From assembly GCA_963668645.2 (NCBI GenBank), contig CAXXWC010000001.1, positions 526,090 to 590,089 on the forward strand: 64,000 nucleotides of DNA. Direction: 5' to 3'. The notes under the pieces are model-generated. The model did not search any database. It worked only from the letters and a program-made list of their open reading frames with translations, and was not told the DNA's origin. The translations under genes were made by a program, and so were the position numbers. This DNA comes from Desulfobacterales bacterium. GTDB taxonomy: Bacteria > Desulfobacterota > Desulfobacteria > Desulfobacterales > UBA2174. Below are positions 21,037-32,459 of the stretch, in pieces; position 1 is the stretch's first letter; each line of letters starts with the position of its first letter.

Positions 21037-21064
21037 GACGGCCCGGGAAGATCCCCGGGCCGTC
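21037..21064. terminator. GC-rich hairpin between convergent genes
   Basis: GACGGCCCGGG-aagatc-CCCGGGCCGTC, 11-bp stem. Confidence 0.5.
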
Positions 21065-21148
21065 TCGATGTGCATCGTAGCTGTATCCTGTTTTCTCTGC
21101 CAGTCCGGTCACATCAACCGGCCGGCAATGCCAGAACCGATCAAACCA

Positions 21149-22549
<1,401 letters not shown>

Positions 22550-22852
22550 TCACGTTGAGCAACACTGCCTTTTTGGCGGGCCGGCCTTTCTTACCGCCCT
22601 CACCGTTCCGGCTACTGTAGCATAATAGATTCCTAGGGAGGTAATCTTTTGACAAAAATGTTTCCCCGAAAAAATCGACCTAACATAAAGAATTTTAAAA
22701 GGGGCGGGAAACACCTCAGGGATCGCGGAAGTTTTTTTGCCATGACAATCCCGTGCGGATGAACCGCCGCCACCATCAGCCCAGGCAACTCCGAATTTAT
22801 AGCATTCCATACCGGCCTGTATGATGCGGCGGTCCCGGAAAACTCCGCACGC

Positions 22853-24436
22853 TCAGGCGTCGATGACCGCCAGTGCCTCTTCGCGGTAGGCTTCCATCAC
22901 GTAGGGAATGCCGGTAATCCGAGCACACTCTTCGGTCAGCGAAAAGATATCGCGCCGTGAAATGTAAGGCACCGCCCAGTTGCGTGAACCGGCCATGATC
23001 TGTTGCAGACCGACCTTGATCTTGTCCACTGCGCTAAAAAGGCCGATGGCTCCAAGAGGCAGCCGATTGACCTCCTCGCCGTATTTTTGCCGCAGCACTT
23101 CAAAGCTCATGAAGATTTCTTCCTTGGTCGACCCGAAGCGCGACACGGTTGGCGGCAGGCCGCCGTCTTCACCGCGCAGCCAGCGCTCGGTGTTCTTGCC
23201 CACCATGCCCGGAATCATCAGGGCCCGCCCCATGCAGACCGCTTTGCAGTAAGGCGCGCCCAGGGCCAGGGCCTTGAAGACATGGTCTTCGGAAGAGAAT
23301 CCGCCGGCAAAGGCAATGTCCGGCACCGGAAGGCCCCGCCGGGCCAGCCGCTCGCAAAGTTCGTAAGCCATCGAATGCAGGTAGATCGACGGGATGCCCC
23401 ATTCGGTCATCATGCGCCAGGGACTCATCCCGGTGCCGCCCGGTGCCCCGTCGATGGTCAACAGGTCGATCTTGGCGTCGCTCGACCAGCGGATGGCCAT
23501 GGCCAGCTCGCGCATCGGGTAGGCCCCGGTCTTGAGCGTGATCCGTTTGGCGCCCAGCTTGCGCAGCCGCTCGACTTCGGCCATGAATCCTTCCTGGTCG
23601 ATAAAGCCCAGCCGCGAATGGCGCTCGAACTGCTTGAGGGGACCGGCCTTGAACGCCGCCTGAAAGGCGGGGTTCTCCGGGTCCGGGGTGACGATGTAGC
23701 CGCGCTTTTTCAGCTCGATGGCCCGCTCGATGGAGTTGACCTTGATCTCGCCGCCGATGCACTTGGCTCCCTGCCCCCATTTGAGTTCGATGGTTTCAAC
23801 CCCGAGTTTTTCGATCACGTACTCGGCCACCCCGTTGCGGGTGTCCTCGACGTTCATTTGCACCAGGATGTCGCCGTAGCCTTCATGGTAACGCCGGTAT
23901 TCGGCCACCCGGCGATCCATCTCGGGCGACTTGGCCACCTTGCCATGGGCGTTGAACTCCAGCCCAGGGTCGATGCCGCAAACGTTCTCCCCACAAACGA
24001 GGGAGATCCCGCTGATGGCGGCTCCGACGGCGAAATGCTGCCAGTTTTTGCGTGCGATCTCCGTGCTGCCCAGGGCACCGGTGAAGATCGGAACCCGCAT
24101 CTTGACCTTATCGGTAACCCCGAAGCGCGTCTCGGTGTCCACGTTGGGGAAAGTGGCCTGGTCCGGGTCGGCTTCGATCCCCTTGGCCCCCATGGCATAT
24201 CCCATGATGTTCAGATGGGAGTAGTCAACCGGGTAGTCCTTGTCGGCCCCGGCGGTGATGCTCCCGAAGGGCTGGGGGTAGAGCAGTTCGCGGCCTCGGA
24301 AAGTGGCCCGGAACATGTCGCAGTTGCCCTTGCAGCCGTCGATGCAGCGGCTGCAAAGGCCGGACTGGGGTGCGACATCCCGTGATCGGTTCTTGGTTTC
24401 CAGCGCGTCGTTGGCATTCGGTCGGTGCAGATTCAT
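22853..24436 (-). CDS. Glutamate synthase FMN-binding domain protein (stand-alone, archaeal/GltB2-like)
   Basis: N-terminal C-x2-C-x3-C-x3-C, GALGST, ELKWGQGAK..GGE, IDGAPGGTG, KALALGA. Confidence 0.85.
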   Translation of the reverse strand: MNLHRPNANDALETKNRSRDVAPQSGLCSRCIDGCKGNCDMFRATFRGRELLYPQPFGSITAGADKDYPVDYSHLNIMGYAMGAKGIEADPDQATFPNVDTETRFGVTDKVKMRVPIFTGALGSTEIARKNWQHFAVGAAISGISLVCGENVCGIDPGLEFNAHGKVAKSPEMDRRVAEYRRYHEGYGDILVQMNVEDTRNGVAEYVIEKLGVETIELKWGQGAKCIGGEIKVNSIERAIELKKRGYIVTPDPENPAFQAAFKAGPLKQFERHSRLGFIDQEGFMAEVERLRKLGAKRITLKTGAYPMRELAMAIRWSSDAKIDLLTIDGAPGGTGMSPWRMMTEWGIPSIYLHSMAYELCERLARRGLPVPDIAFAGGFSSEDHVFKALALGAPYCKAVCMGRALMIPGMVGKNTERWLRGEDGGLPPTVSRFGSTKEEIFMSFEVLRQKYGEEVNRLPLGAIGLFSAVDKIKVGLQQIMAGSRNWAVPYISRRDIFSLTEECARITGIPYVMEAYREEALAVIDA

Positions 24437-24596
24437 CTCGATGTCCCATCCTTGTGTCGAGGGGTGATGATTTGGGACACGCCGCCGCTCGTAGGATTTC
24501 GAGCGCACCGCGCGTCGGTTCGCAAACTTGCCGTAAAGTATGCGGGCACGGCGTCCTGCTGAACCGATCGATCACCTGCGGCGACACCGTGCCTGC

Positions 24597-24672
24597 AAAA
24601 AAGGCGCCTTTCCACTTACGTTGGGGATCGGACGCCTTTGTCACGAATGCGGGCGACAGCCACACCATTGTG
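24597..24672 (-). promoter_or_regulatory. ANTAR-responsive dual-hairpin RNA attenuator with overlapping intrinsic terminator
   Basis: Minus strand P1 CAC-AAUGGU-GUG (24672-24661) and P2 GAC-AAAGGC-GUC (24642-24631); P2 overlaps the 5' arm of AAAGGCGUC...GGCGCCUUUUUU. Confidence 0.85.
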
Positions 24673-24698
24673 TCAATCGCGCTAAATTTTTCATTGAA

Positions 24699-24727
24699 TT
24701 ATTAGCTAAACTAATTTTACATGTCAA
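24699..24727 (-). promoter_or_regulatory. Putative sigma70 promoter upstream of the ANTAR element
   Basis: TTGACA-17 nt-TAATAA on the minus strand in an AT-rich patch. Confidence 0.6.
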
Positions 24728-24746
24728 CCTTTTGATGGAACACCGC

Positions 24747-24810
24747 AAAAAAACGGCGCCTTCGGACCTTGGGTGCGAGTGGGGTCGCGGTCCAGGGCCT
24801 TCAGGCGCCG
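24747..24810 (-). terminator. Likely terminator of the GAF-ANTAR gene
   Basis: CGGCGCC...GGCGCCG closing stem followed by seven U. Confidence 0.55.
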
Positions 24811-24857
24811 AAAAGGGTGCAAACGCCGGGTGTGTAAAGTGGAAACTGGGCTGAGGA

Positions 24858-25604
24858 CTATTTTTCCAGGCTGTGGGGAATACTCGAATAATAGCCGAGA
24901 TCTTCGCTGAGCAAAATCGCCTCGGCCACTTCGCGCATCGATTTGCGGCTGTCCATGCTGCGCTTCTGGATCCAGCGGAAGGCATCCTCTCCGCTCATGG
25001 AGCGCCGGCGCATCAGGATCTCCTTGGCTCTTTCGACCCGCTTGCGGGTTTCGAGTTCTTCTTTGACCAACTGGGCCTTGAGCTTCAATTCGGTGTGAAG
25101 GATCGCCGCGGCCGCCTGGTTTGCCACGGTGCGGATCAGATGGATCTCGGCTTCGGAGAATGTATGGGGCTGGGCCGTAAAGCAGTTCAGAACACCGATG
25201 ATCTTGCCGTCCTGAACCTGAAGCGGTACTCCCAGCATCGATACCAGTCCGAGGCGGCGCGCCATCTCCTTTTCCTTAAAGCGCGGCTCGTCGAGCACAT
25301 CTTCGACCACCAGCGGTTCACCTTGGCTGGCAACATACCCCACCACCCCCTCGTTGAAGTTGAGGGTGCGGTCCTGGAAATAAGCCGGATCGATGGACTG
25401 GGATGCTTTCAGGCGCAGCTTGCACGGGCTCGGATGCTCTTCGAGTAGCCACAGGGAGCAGATTTCAACCCCGGTGACCCGGGCCGTAACCATCACGATC
25501 AGCTTGAGAATATCCTCGATATACAGATCGCTGGTCACCGCACAGCTGATGTCCATCAGGGCTTTGAGGTAGGCCTCCAGGTTTTCGCCGTCGCGGTGAT
25601 TCAT
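24858..25604 (-). CDS. GAF + ANTAR domain RNA-binding antiterminator
   Basis: GAF (EGVVG.V, SMLGVPL, IIGVLN) then LETRKRVERAKEILM...EDAF.WIQKRSMD.RKSM.EVAE. Confidence 0.92.
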   Translation of the reverse strand: MNHRDGENLEAYLKALMDISCAVTSDLYIEDILKLIVMVTARVTGVEICSLWLLEEHPSPCKLRLKASQSIDPAYFQDRTLNFNEGVVGYVASQGEPLVVEDVLDEPRFKEKEMARRLGLVSMLGVPLQVQDGKIIGVLNCFTAQPHTFSEAEIHLIRTVANQAAAAILHTELKLKAQLVKEELETRKRVERAKEILMRRRSMSGEDAFRWIQKRSMDSRKSMREVAEAILLSEDLGYYSSIPHSLEK

Positions 25605-25676
25605 CAAAAGGCCCGCAGAGGGGTTGGAAGGTAAAAGACGCCGCGTCACTCTATTAACACCGGCACCGGGACAGGG

Positions 25677-27581
25677 TCAAGCAAACCGGTCGGGCGGCTC
25701 TTGCCAGGGCTGATAATCGTCCACGATCTGGTGCAACCGGACCTTGATCGCACCGGCGTCCTGGGCCTCGGCCAGGCGAGTCAGATCGGCAACGGCCTGG
25801 TCCAGAAGCTGCGGGTCGAATGCTCGGGGCTTGAGCACCAGGATCTTCTCGTGGCCGGTGGGCAAGATCCCCTCGCCTTCGGTGATCAGTTCCTCGAAAA
25901 GCTTCTCCCCCGGCCGCAGCCCGGTGTATTCGATGCGGATATCGATGTCCGGCTCGAAGCCGTAGAGCCGGATCAGGTCCCGGGCCATGTCGTCGATGCG
26001 TACCGGTGTTCCCATGTCGAGCAGGTAGATCTGGGCACCTTGGCCGTTGGCCAGGGCGCCGGCCTGTAAGATAAGCTGGCAGGCCTCGGGAATGGTCATA
26101 AAGTAGCGCGTCACCTGCGGATGGGTTACGGTTACCGGGCCGCCATGTTCGATCTGGCGCCGAAAGCGCGGCACCACGCTGCCCACCGAGTTGACCACGT
26201 TGCCGAAGCGCACCGTCATGAAACGGGTGGACCGTTCCTCGCCACTGACACTGCTCTGGACGATCATTTCGGCCAGACGCTTGGAGGCCCCCATGACATT
26301 GGTCGAGCGCACGGCCTTGTCCGTGGAGACAAAAACGAAACGCTCGATCCGCAAGGCCACGGCGGCCTCCACCAGGGTACGGGTGCCGAGCACGTTGTTC
26401 AATATCGCCTTCCAGGGCTGCAATTCGAGCATCGGCACGTGCTTGTAGGCCGCCGCATGAAAGACCACTTCAGGGCGGTGGCAACCGAGGGCCCGTGAAA
26501 CTTCAGCCCGGTCCTGTATATCGGCCAGCACCGGAACGACCTCGACGGTATTGAAATTTTCCCGCAGCTCCAGTTCGATTTCATACAGCGGGCTTTCGGC
26601 CCGTTCGTAAAGCACCAGCCGCCGCGGTCCGAAACGGCAGATCTGACGGCACAGCTCCGAGCCGATCGAACCGCCCGCACCGGTCACCAGCACGCATTTA
26701 CCCGCCAGATAAGCACCGATGCGCTCGGCATCCAGGTGCACCACCTCACGTCCCAACAGGTCACGGTAGGAAACTTCGCGCACCGCGGCAAAACTCACCC
26801 GGCCATCGATCAGTTCACCCATCCCCGGCACGGTGCGGAACTTGAGACCGGTTGCCTTGCAGTTTTCCACAATGCGGCGCATCTGGCCGGCGCTGGCCGA
26901 AGGGATGGCGATCAAAATTTCGTCGGCCCTGGCGCCCAGGGCAATCTGCCGGATCTCGGTCACCTTGCCGAGGACCGGAACGCCGTGGATCTTCTTGCCG
27001 ATCTTGTCCGCCCGATCGTCCAGAAAGCCGACCACCGCATAGGGCAGCTGAGGATTGTCATGGACTTCACGAAAGATCTTCTCGCCGCAATCGCCGGCCC
27101 CCACGATCAACAACCGGCGCTGCTCGCCGCGCCCGCGGCGCCAAATCGCCGGGACCAGCCTCCGCCAGGCGCTGCGGAAGTCGAACTCGGCACCAAACTC
27201 GAAACAAAGCCGGATCGCCAGGCGCAGACCTCCGACCAAAAGAACCGTAAAGCAGCCATCGATGAGAAAAACCGAACGCGAATGGCCCGCCAGACGCTCC
27301 AGAAAGGCGATGGCAGCGACAAAGAGCAGCGAACTGACCGCAGCCGCCTTGATCACGTTGACCAGATCGGTCAACCCGATGTAACGCCACATGCCGCGAT
27401 AAAGATCGAAAAAATAAAAGACCGCGAGCTTGATGGCCAGGGCCCAGGGCAGGCTGCGCCAGAAAAGGGCCATGAATTCGGGCGGCACGGCAAAATCGAA
27501 GCGCACCAGGTAGGCCCCGTAAAGAGACAGGACCATCAGGAGCAGATCGGCGCCGACGATGAAAATTAGTTTGGGATTCAA
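25677..27581 (-). CDS. Membrane-anchored UDP-sugar 4,6-dehydratase (PglF/WbpM/CapD family)
   Basis: N-terminal TM helices, LVTGAGGSIGSEL, HAAAYKHVP, STDKAV, MGASK, RFGNV, GLRPGEKL. Confidence 0.93.
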   Translation of the reverse strand: MNPKLIFIVGADLLLMVLSLYGAYLVRFDFAVPPEFMALFWRSLPWALAIKLAVFYFFDLYRGMWRYIGLTDLVNVIKAAAVSSLLFVAAIAFLERLAGHSRSVFLIDGCFTVLLVGGLRLAIRLCFEFGAEFDFRSAWRRLVPAIWRRGRGEQRRLLIVGAGDCGEKIFREVHDNPQLPYAVVGFLDDRADKIGKKIHGVPVLGKVTEIRQIALGARADEILIAIPSASAGQMRRIVENCKATGLKFRTVPGMGELIDGRVSFAAVREVSYRDLLGREVVHLDAERIGAYLAGKCVLVTGAGGSIGSELCRQICRFGPRRLVLYERAESPLYEIELELRENFNTVEVVPVLADIQDRAEVSRALGCHRPEVVFHAAAYKHVPMLELQPWKAILNNVLGTRTLVEAAVALRIERFVFVSTDKAVRSTNVMGASKRLAEMIVQSSVSGEERSTRFMTVRFGNVVNSVGSVVPRFRRQIEHGGPVTVTHPQVTRYFMTIPEACQLILQAGALANGQGAQIYLLDMGTPVRIDDMARDLIRLYGFEPDIDIRIEYTGLRPGEKLFEELITEGEGILPTGHEKILVLKPRAFDPQLLDQAVADLTRLAEAQDAGAIKVRLHQIVDDYQPWQEPPDRFA

Positions 27582-27590
27582 TCTATCCGT

Positions 27591-28583
27591 CTATCTTTCG
27601 CGTCTCTGGGGCGTCTGATGGACATGGCGGCGAACCCGCACCGTCAGCCACAGAAAGCCGATGGATGGAACGGCCACAAGGACCGGTAGTGCCGCCGGCC
27701 GGAATTTCAACGCAACCAGCAGGCAAAGGCCGACGATCAGTTGGCCCAAGGCGTAACCCAGCGATATCCGCCAGTGGGCGATGCCCATTTCATTGGCCAG
27801 CAGCTGATAAAGATGGCGCCGATGGGGTCGAGTCAGGGACTCGCCGTCTCGCAGGCGCAGAACCATGGTGGTCAGTTCGTCGAGGTAAAAGGGGAGCAGA
27901 AAAGCGGCATGGACGATAAATTGAAGGATGCTGCGGGCGCCGAATAGAGCCAAGGCTGCGAAAAGAAAGCCGAGCAGCAGGCTGCCCGTATCACCCATAA
28001 AGACACGGGCGGCCGGCAGATTGAACGGCAGAAACCCAAGGCAGGCCGCTGCGCTGCCGAGGGCCAGGTGGACAAGGTGTAGATCCCCGCCACTTGATCC
28101 GATGCTCCATGCCAGCATCCCGAAGCCCACCGCCCCAGTCAAACCCGCGATCCCGTTGATGCCGTCCATGAAGTTGAAGAAATTGGCCGTACCTACCATA
28201 AAGACCGCCGCCGACACCGCCCAAATCAAACATCCGGCGCCTGAACAGGGAAGCCCCGGGGACAGCAGGAGAATGCCGGCCAAGATGAACCCCGTCAGGA
28301 GACGCAGACCGGGCCGCACATCGAAACGGTCGGCTGCCAATCCCAGCAGCGAAATGCCCAGGGTCGGGGCCCAAAACAAAAACGGCGCCCCAGACAGGAT
28401 GGCGCACCCCCCCACCCCGGCCGCAATGCCGATCCCGCCCCCCTTGGGGGTGGCCCTTTGATGGGAACTGCGCGCCGTGGGCGAGTCGATGAGCCCCATG
28501 GCATGCCCCCAACGGGCCACGGCCCAGGCGCCGAACAAGCCACACCCGAGACCTGAGACCATCATGATCCATACCGATGTCAC
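27591..28583 (-). CDS. MraY/WecA-like polyprenyl-phosphate N-acetylhexosamine-1-phosphate transferase
   Basis: RSSH...TPKGGG, NFFNFMDGING, FMGDTGS, HRRHLYQ. Confidence 0.9.
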   Translation of the reverse strand: MTSVWIMMVSGLGCGLFGAWAVARWGHAMGLIDSPTARSSHQRATPKGGGIGIAAGVGGCAILSGAPFLFWAPTLGISLLGLAADRFDVRPGLRLLTGFILAGILLLSPGLPCSGAGCLIWAVSAAVFMVGTANFFNFMDGINGIAGLTGAVGFGMLAWSIGSSGGDLHLVHLALGSAAACLGFLPFNLPAARVFMGDTGSLLLGFLFAALALFGARSILQFIVHAAFLLPFYLDELTTMVLRLRDGESLTRPHRRHLYQLLANEMGIAHWRISLGYALGQLIVGLCLLVALKFRPAALPVLVAVPSIGFLWLTVRVRRHVHQTPQRRER

Positions 28584-28785
28584 GCCAAATCTCGCGCCTT
28601 CTCGTAGCGGATGGATTCCACCACAGAAACCCCTTGCCGGGACCGCCTCGCACTCAAAACGCTCATCATGAAATCAATTTCCGGATCGGCACGATTTGGA
28701 TGGCATTGTCGAGAACAGTGCTGTCGTCCCAGGCTAAAATGGTACCCGAACCGATATCCCTATGGCCACAAAATTTGGTTGGATT

Positions 28786-28971
28786 TTACCCCAGGCGGCG
28801 TTGTTGAGGCAATCTCTGACATCCTGACATCCGGTAGGGCAAATCCACCATTTTGGTCGATGCTTTTAATCCCGGCAGAATACGATCGGCATCCGTGGAT
28901 GCGGTGTAAACGTTCCTGCTAGCGAGGGGCGATCCTATGAAACCGTTTGTACCGGAGACCCGTATCTTCAT
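28786..28971 (-). pseudogene. Degenerate fragment of an NAD-dependent epimerase/dehydratase
   Basis: MKIRVSGTNGFIGS Rossmann start coupled by ATGA to the GT2 stop, then early termination. Confidence 0.45.
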
Positions 28972-29711
28972 CCTATCTCTTTCGGCAACCGTCTCCAGTA
29001 TCTAATGAAATAGCGAAACATACTTGTTGCATGCCAAAGCATATGACGTGGATTTCTATGACTAGCTCTGCGGGCGTCATGCACGATCTTGACAGATGGG
29101 CATAGCAGAATCGTTTGGCCAGACTTCCACATACGCGCGCATAAGTCAACATCCTCATAATATAAAAAGTAATCTTCATCAAAACCGTTCAGATTGGCAA
29201 AGCCATCACTTTTCAATAGCATGAACATACCCGCGACCCATGGGACAGCTATGCACTTAGCACCGGCATTATGGGTTAGTCGCCCATCATCATGTTTTAA
29301 AATCTTCAGGAGGAGACCTCGAAATGTAGGAAAACTTCGAACGCTATCCTCTAGCAAGCCTTGTGAATTTACCACGGAGGGTGCTGTCAACCCAGCCCCT
29401 GTCTCTTCATGGCACCTTATTAGCTCCGGGAACACATTGCCACAAAATCGTATGTCTGGGTTAATTACTGCAAAATAAGGCGTTTTGGCATACAGGAAAA
29501 AAGCATTATTATGATTCGCTCCGAATCCTTTGACATGCTTGTTTTTCAGAATCACAAGACGATCAAGTCGATCAATACCATAGTCTGGCTCTGGAATATT
29601 TTGGGTTATTACAATCTTCTCAACCTCTTGAAGTTCATAAAGCTCTTTAATTAAATTCGGCAACAAAAATCCATGACCATGGCTAACAACTGATACAGTG
29701 ACTGTCCCCAT
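28968..29711 (-). CDS. GT2 glycosyltransferase (rhamnosyltransferase-like)
   Basis: VSVVSH, GFGANHN, INPD, WVAGMFML, GFDEDYFLYYEDVDLC. Confidence 0.9.
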   Translation of the reverse strand: MGTVTVSVVSHGHGFLLPNLIKELYELQEVEKIVITQNIPEPDYGIDRLDRLVILKNKHVKGFGANHNNAFFLYAKTPYFAVINPDIRFCGNVFPELIRCHEETGAGLTAPSVVNSQGLLEDSVRSFPTFRGLLLKILKHDDGRLTHNAGAKCIAVPWVAGMFMLLKSDGFANLNGFDEDYFLYYEDVDLCARMWKSGQTILLCPSVKIVHDARRASHRNPRHMLWHATSMFRYFIRYWRRLPKEIG

Positions 29712-29772
29712 ATTTTCTTCTTTCGGTGCTAACGAGAACGGACCCACCTTTGCCAATCAAAAATGATGCGTT

Positions 29773-30138
<366 letters not shown>

Positions 30139-30471
30139 TATCCCACAGCTTCAGTTGTTCCGTAGGGGAAATGGCATTTTTCGGACTTTTTACGAGCTTG
30201 TCAAAAATACCCCACCAGCAGTCGCGTGAATAAACCTTCAAATCGTAAGCCGTCTCCATCCGAGGTCAGAGCCGGTCGAATTTACCTATAGCCGCTATAC
30301 TGGAACGTCCTGATTGAAGCCCTTAATAGGAAGGTCCCAGTGAGCTGCCGCCACAAGTGGTGTGGCCGCCGATTCCGGCGCCGTCCCCAAAATCCGGATC
30401 AACAATACTGCCATCGCAAGCCCTGTCAGCGTTGGCAATTGTGGGCCCGTTTTGATTAGTGCCGGAGTCTC

Positions 30472-31059
30472 TCAAGGACGTAAAAAAAGACCGTACAAGC
30501 AATACTGTGACAACCTCTCAGCCAACCATCTGCTTCTCACCGGCATATGGAAGGAATCTATCTTCTTGAACGATGCCTTGGCAGCGACAGCAACCAATTC
30601 AGCCTCGTCATAGAAAACCTTGTGATCCGGATCACATGCGAACCCCTTTTTCCCAGGCACGCCCACAAGAAATCTTCCTCCATGCACGATAACACGATGA
30701 ATCTCATTGAGCAGGGGATCTGAATCGGATAAATGTTCCAAGACGTTGTCCAGCATCACACTCTCAAAACTCGCATTATCAAAAGGCAATCGATTCGGTT
30801 CCATAATTCGTGCGTTCAAACCATTATATCGGCACCAGGCCACCGTATGAGGATTGATATCCACACCGACCGTTCCGGTTCGAAAAGACAGAAAGTCGCC
30901 GATCCCACATCCCACATCCAGTACTCTCCCAGGCAAGTGTCTTGTGAGTCGTGGGTAAAGCCAGTACTTACGGTAGAGTTGTCCGGAAAATCGCCTACGC
31001 CGCAAATAGTTGAAGTACTCCTCCTGACCGGATAACTGAAATGACCTACCATCATTCAT
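30472..31059 (-). CDS. Class I SAM-dependent methyltransferase (glycan-cluster type)
   Basis: VLDVGCGIG, GVDIN, LPF....F, NVLEHL. Confidence 0.85.
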   Translation of the reverse strand: MNDGRSFQLSGQEEYFNYLRRRRFSGQLYRKYWLYPRLTRHLPGRVLDVGCGIGDFLSFRTGTVGVDINPHTVAWCRYNGLNARIMEPNRLPFDNASFESVMLDNVLEHLSDSDPLLNEIHRVIVHGGRFLVGVPGKKGFACDPDHKVFYDEAELVAVAAKASFKKIDSFHMPVRSRWLAERLSQYCLYGLFLRP

Positions 31060-31091
31060 ACGGATACGATCATTCCTTGTATGAAGGAAAT

Positions 31092-32351
31092 TTAAAAAAC
31101 CCACTCTTTTTCGAGCACGAAAATCTGCACCGCGAAAATTGCCATATAGTATGTGCTTGTTGCTACCGCCAATCCTGCCACACCCCAAAAATAAAAAGCG
31201 ACCACCTTTGCTGGAATATAAACCGTATAGGCGGTCATGTAGATTCGCGTAGGGGTGACTGTGTTGCCGGCAGCATAAAACGATGAACTGGAGATTTGCC
31301 CCATTGCACCACCGGCAAACAAGCCCCCAAGCCAAATCATGATCCACCAAAGTTGCGTCACGTCTCCGGCGTTTATGTTCCAATGACCGACCAATAGATT
31401 GAGCAAGATTCGGCCGAAAAGTGCAAAGATAAAAAGACTCCCAAAACTGATCGCCCCCATCTTCAACAAACTTTGGCGATAGGTGCGTCGGAAATTCCCT
31501 CTGTTCCTTTGTTTACAGAGCATGCTCAGTGAAGGCACCAAAGGCACCGTGATGGCCTTGTTGAGTACTTGGCAACCTGCCACGTATATCTGGTACGCCA
31601 AGTAATACAACGACAAACTACCTCTGCCGACCATAGACAGCAAAAAACGATCCACCAAAGGGTCTGTCTTATAATACACCGTCCCCAATAACAGCGGTTT
31701 TATGCGTTGCCAAGCGTATCGGCTGACTTCGCTTTTAATGTTGGGGTGAAACGGGCGCTTGAGCATGCCCGGAGCTAGCAGCAAAGTTTCTATCCCGATT
31801 CGCACGACTGCAACCCACGCGGCCGCCATCACCCCGAAGCGAGGTAGAGACCATATCAACAAAACCAAGGCTACGACACCGGCCAGAACCGGTGCCAATT
31901 CTGCCCACAGAAATCTCTGGCGAGCCCGGTATGCGGCCCATTGCACTCCGTTGATGCCAACTAACACCATGCCCATACACTGAATCCGTGTGAGATCCAC
32001 CGTCAAAGACACGCCAGCATCGTCAAAACCCGGAACGGTAAGCGGCACCCACCACGGCGCACCGATATATAGCAAAATGAACAGAGCCCCAAAAAATCCA
32101 GCTACCAGAAGAAGCAATCCCCACGCATCATTGATAAGTTGGCTTTCCTTTTCTCCTGCCAGAATCGGAACCAGCACGTTTATTAGCGATTCGTTGATGA
32201 CTGCGAGCACAAGCTGGGGCACTGTCATGCCGGCAAACAGTGCATCGGTTTCCATACCCGGCCCTATCCGTGTCACCACATACCATAAAAACAGCATGGT
32301 GATGCAGATATTGGTCGCCGAAAGGGCGCCGAGCTGGAGGGTTTGCTTCAT
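31092..32351 (-). CDS. MOP-family flippase (MurJ/MviN-like)
   Basis: Polytopic membrane protein; G.G.ETDA.F...TVP, PGF, VDR.L.S, FYA.GNT.TP. Confidence 0.8.
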   Translation of the reverse strand: MKQTLQLGALSATNICITMLFLWYVVTRIGPGMETDALFAGMTVPQLVLAVINESLINVLVPILAGEKESQLINDAWGLLLLVAGFFGALFILLYIGAPWWVPLTVPGFDDAGVSLTVDLTRIQCMGMVLVGINGVQWAAYRARQRFLWAELAPVLAGVVALVLLIWSLPRFGVMAAAWVAVVRIGIETLLLAPGMLKRPFHPNIKSEVSRYAWQRIKPLLLGTVYYKTDPLVDRFLLSMVGRGSLSLYYLAYQIYVAGCQVLNKAITVPLVPSLSMLCKQRNRGNFRRTYRQSLLKMGAISFGSLFIFALFGRILLNLLVGHWNINAGDVTQLWWIMIWLGGLFAGGAMGQISSSSFYAAGNTVTPTRIYMTAYTVYIPAKVVAFYFWGVAGLAVATSTYYMAIFAVQIFVLEKEWVF

Positions 32352-32459
32352 CCGCGAAATCCCTCCGCCGTCCAGATCAATCCTGGCAACCCGAAGACAG
32401 AAATCGTGCCGGATATGGACGGCGGCCTTTTTGCCGCAGGGTTCAAGACCGTCATCGAA

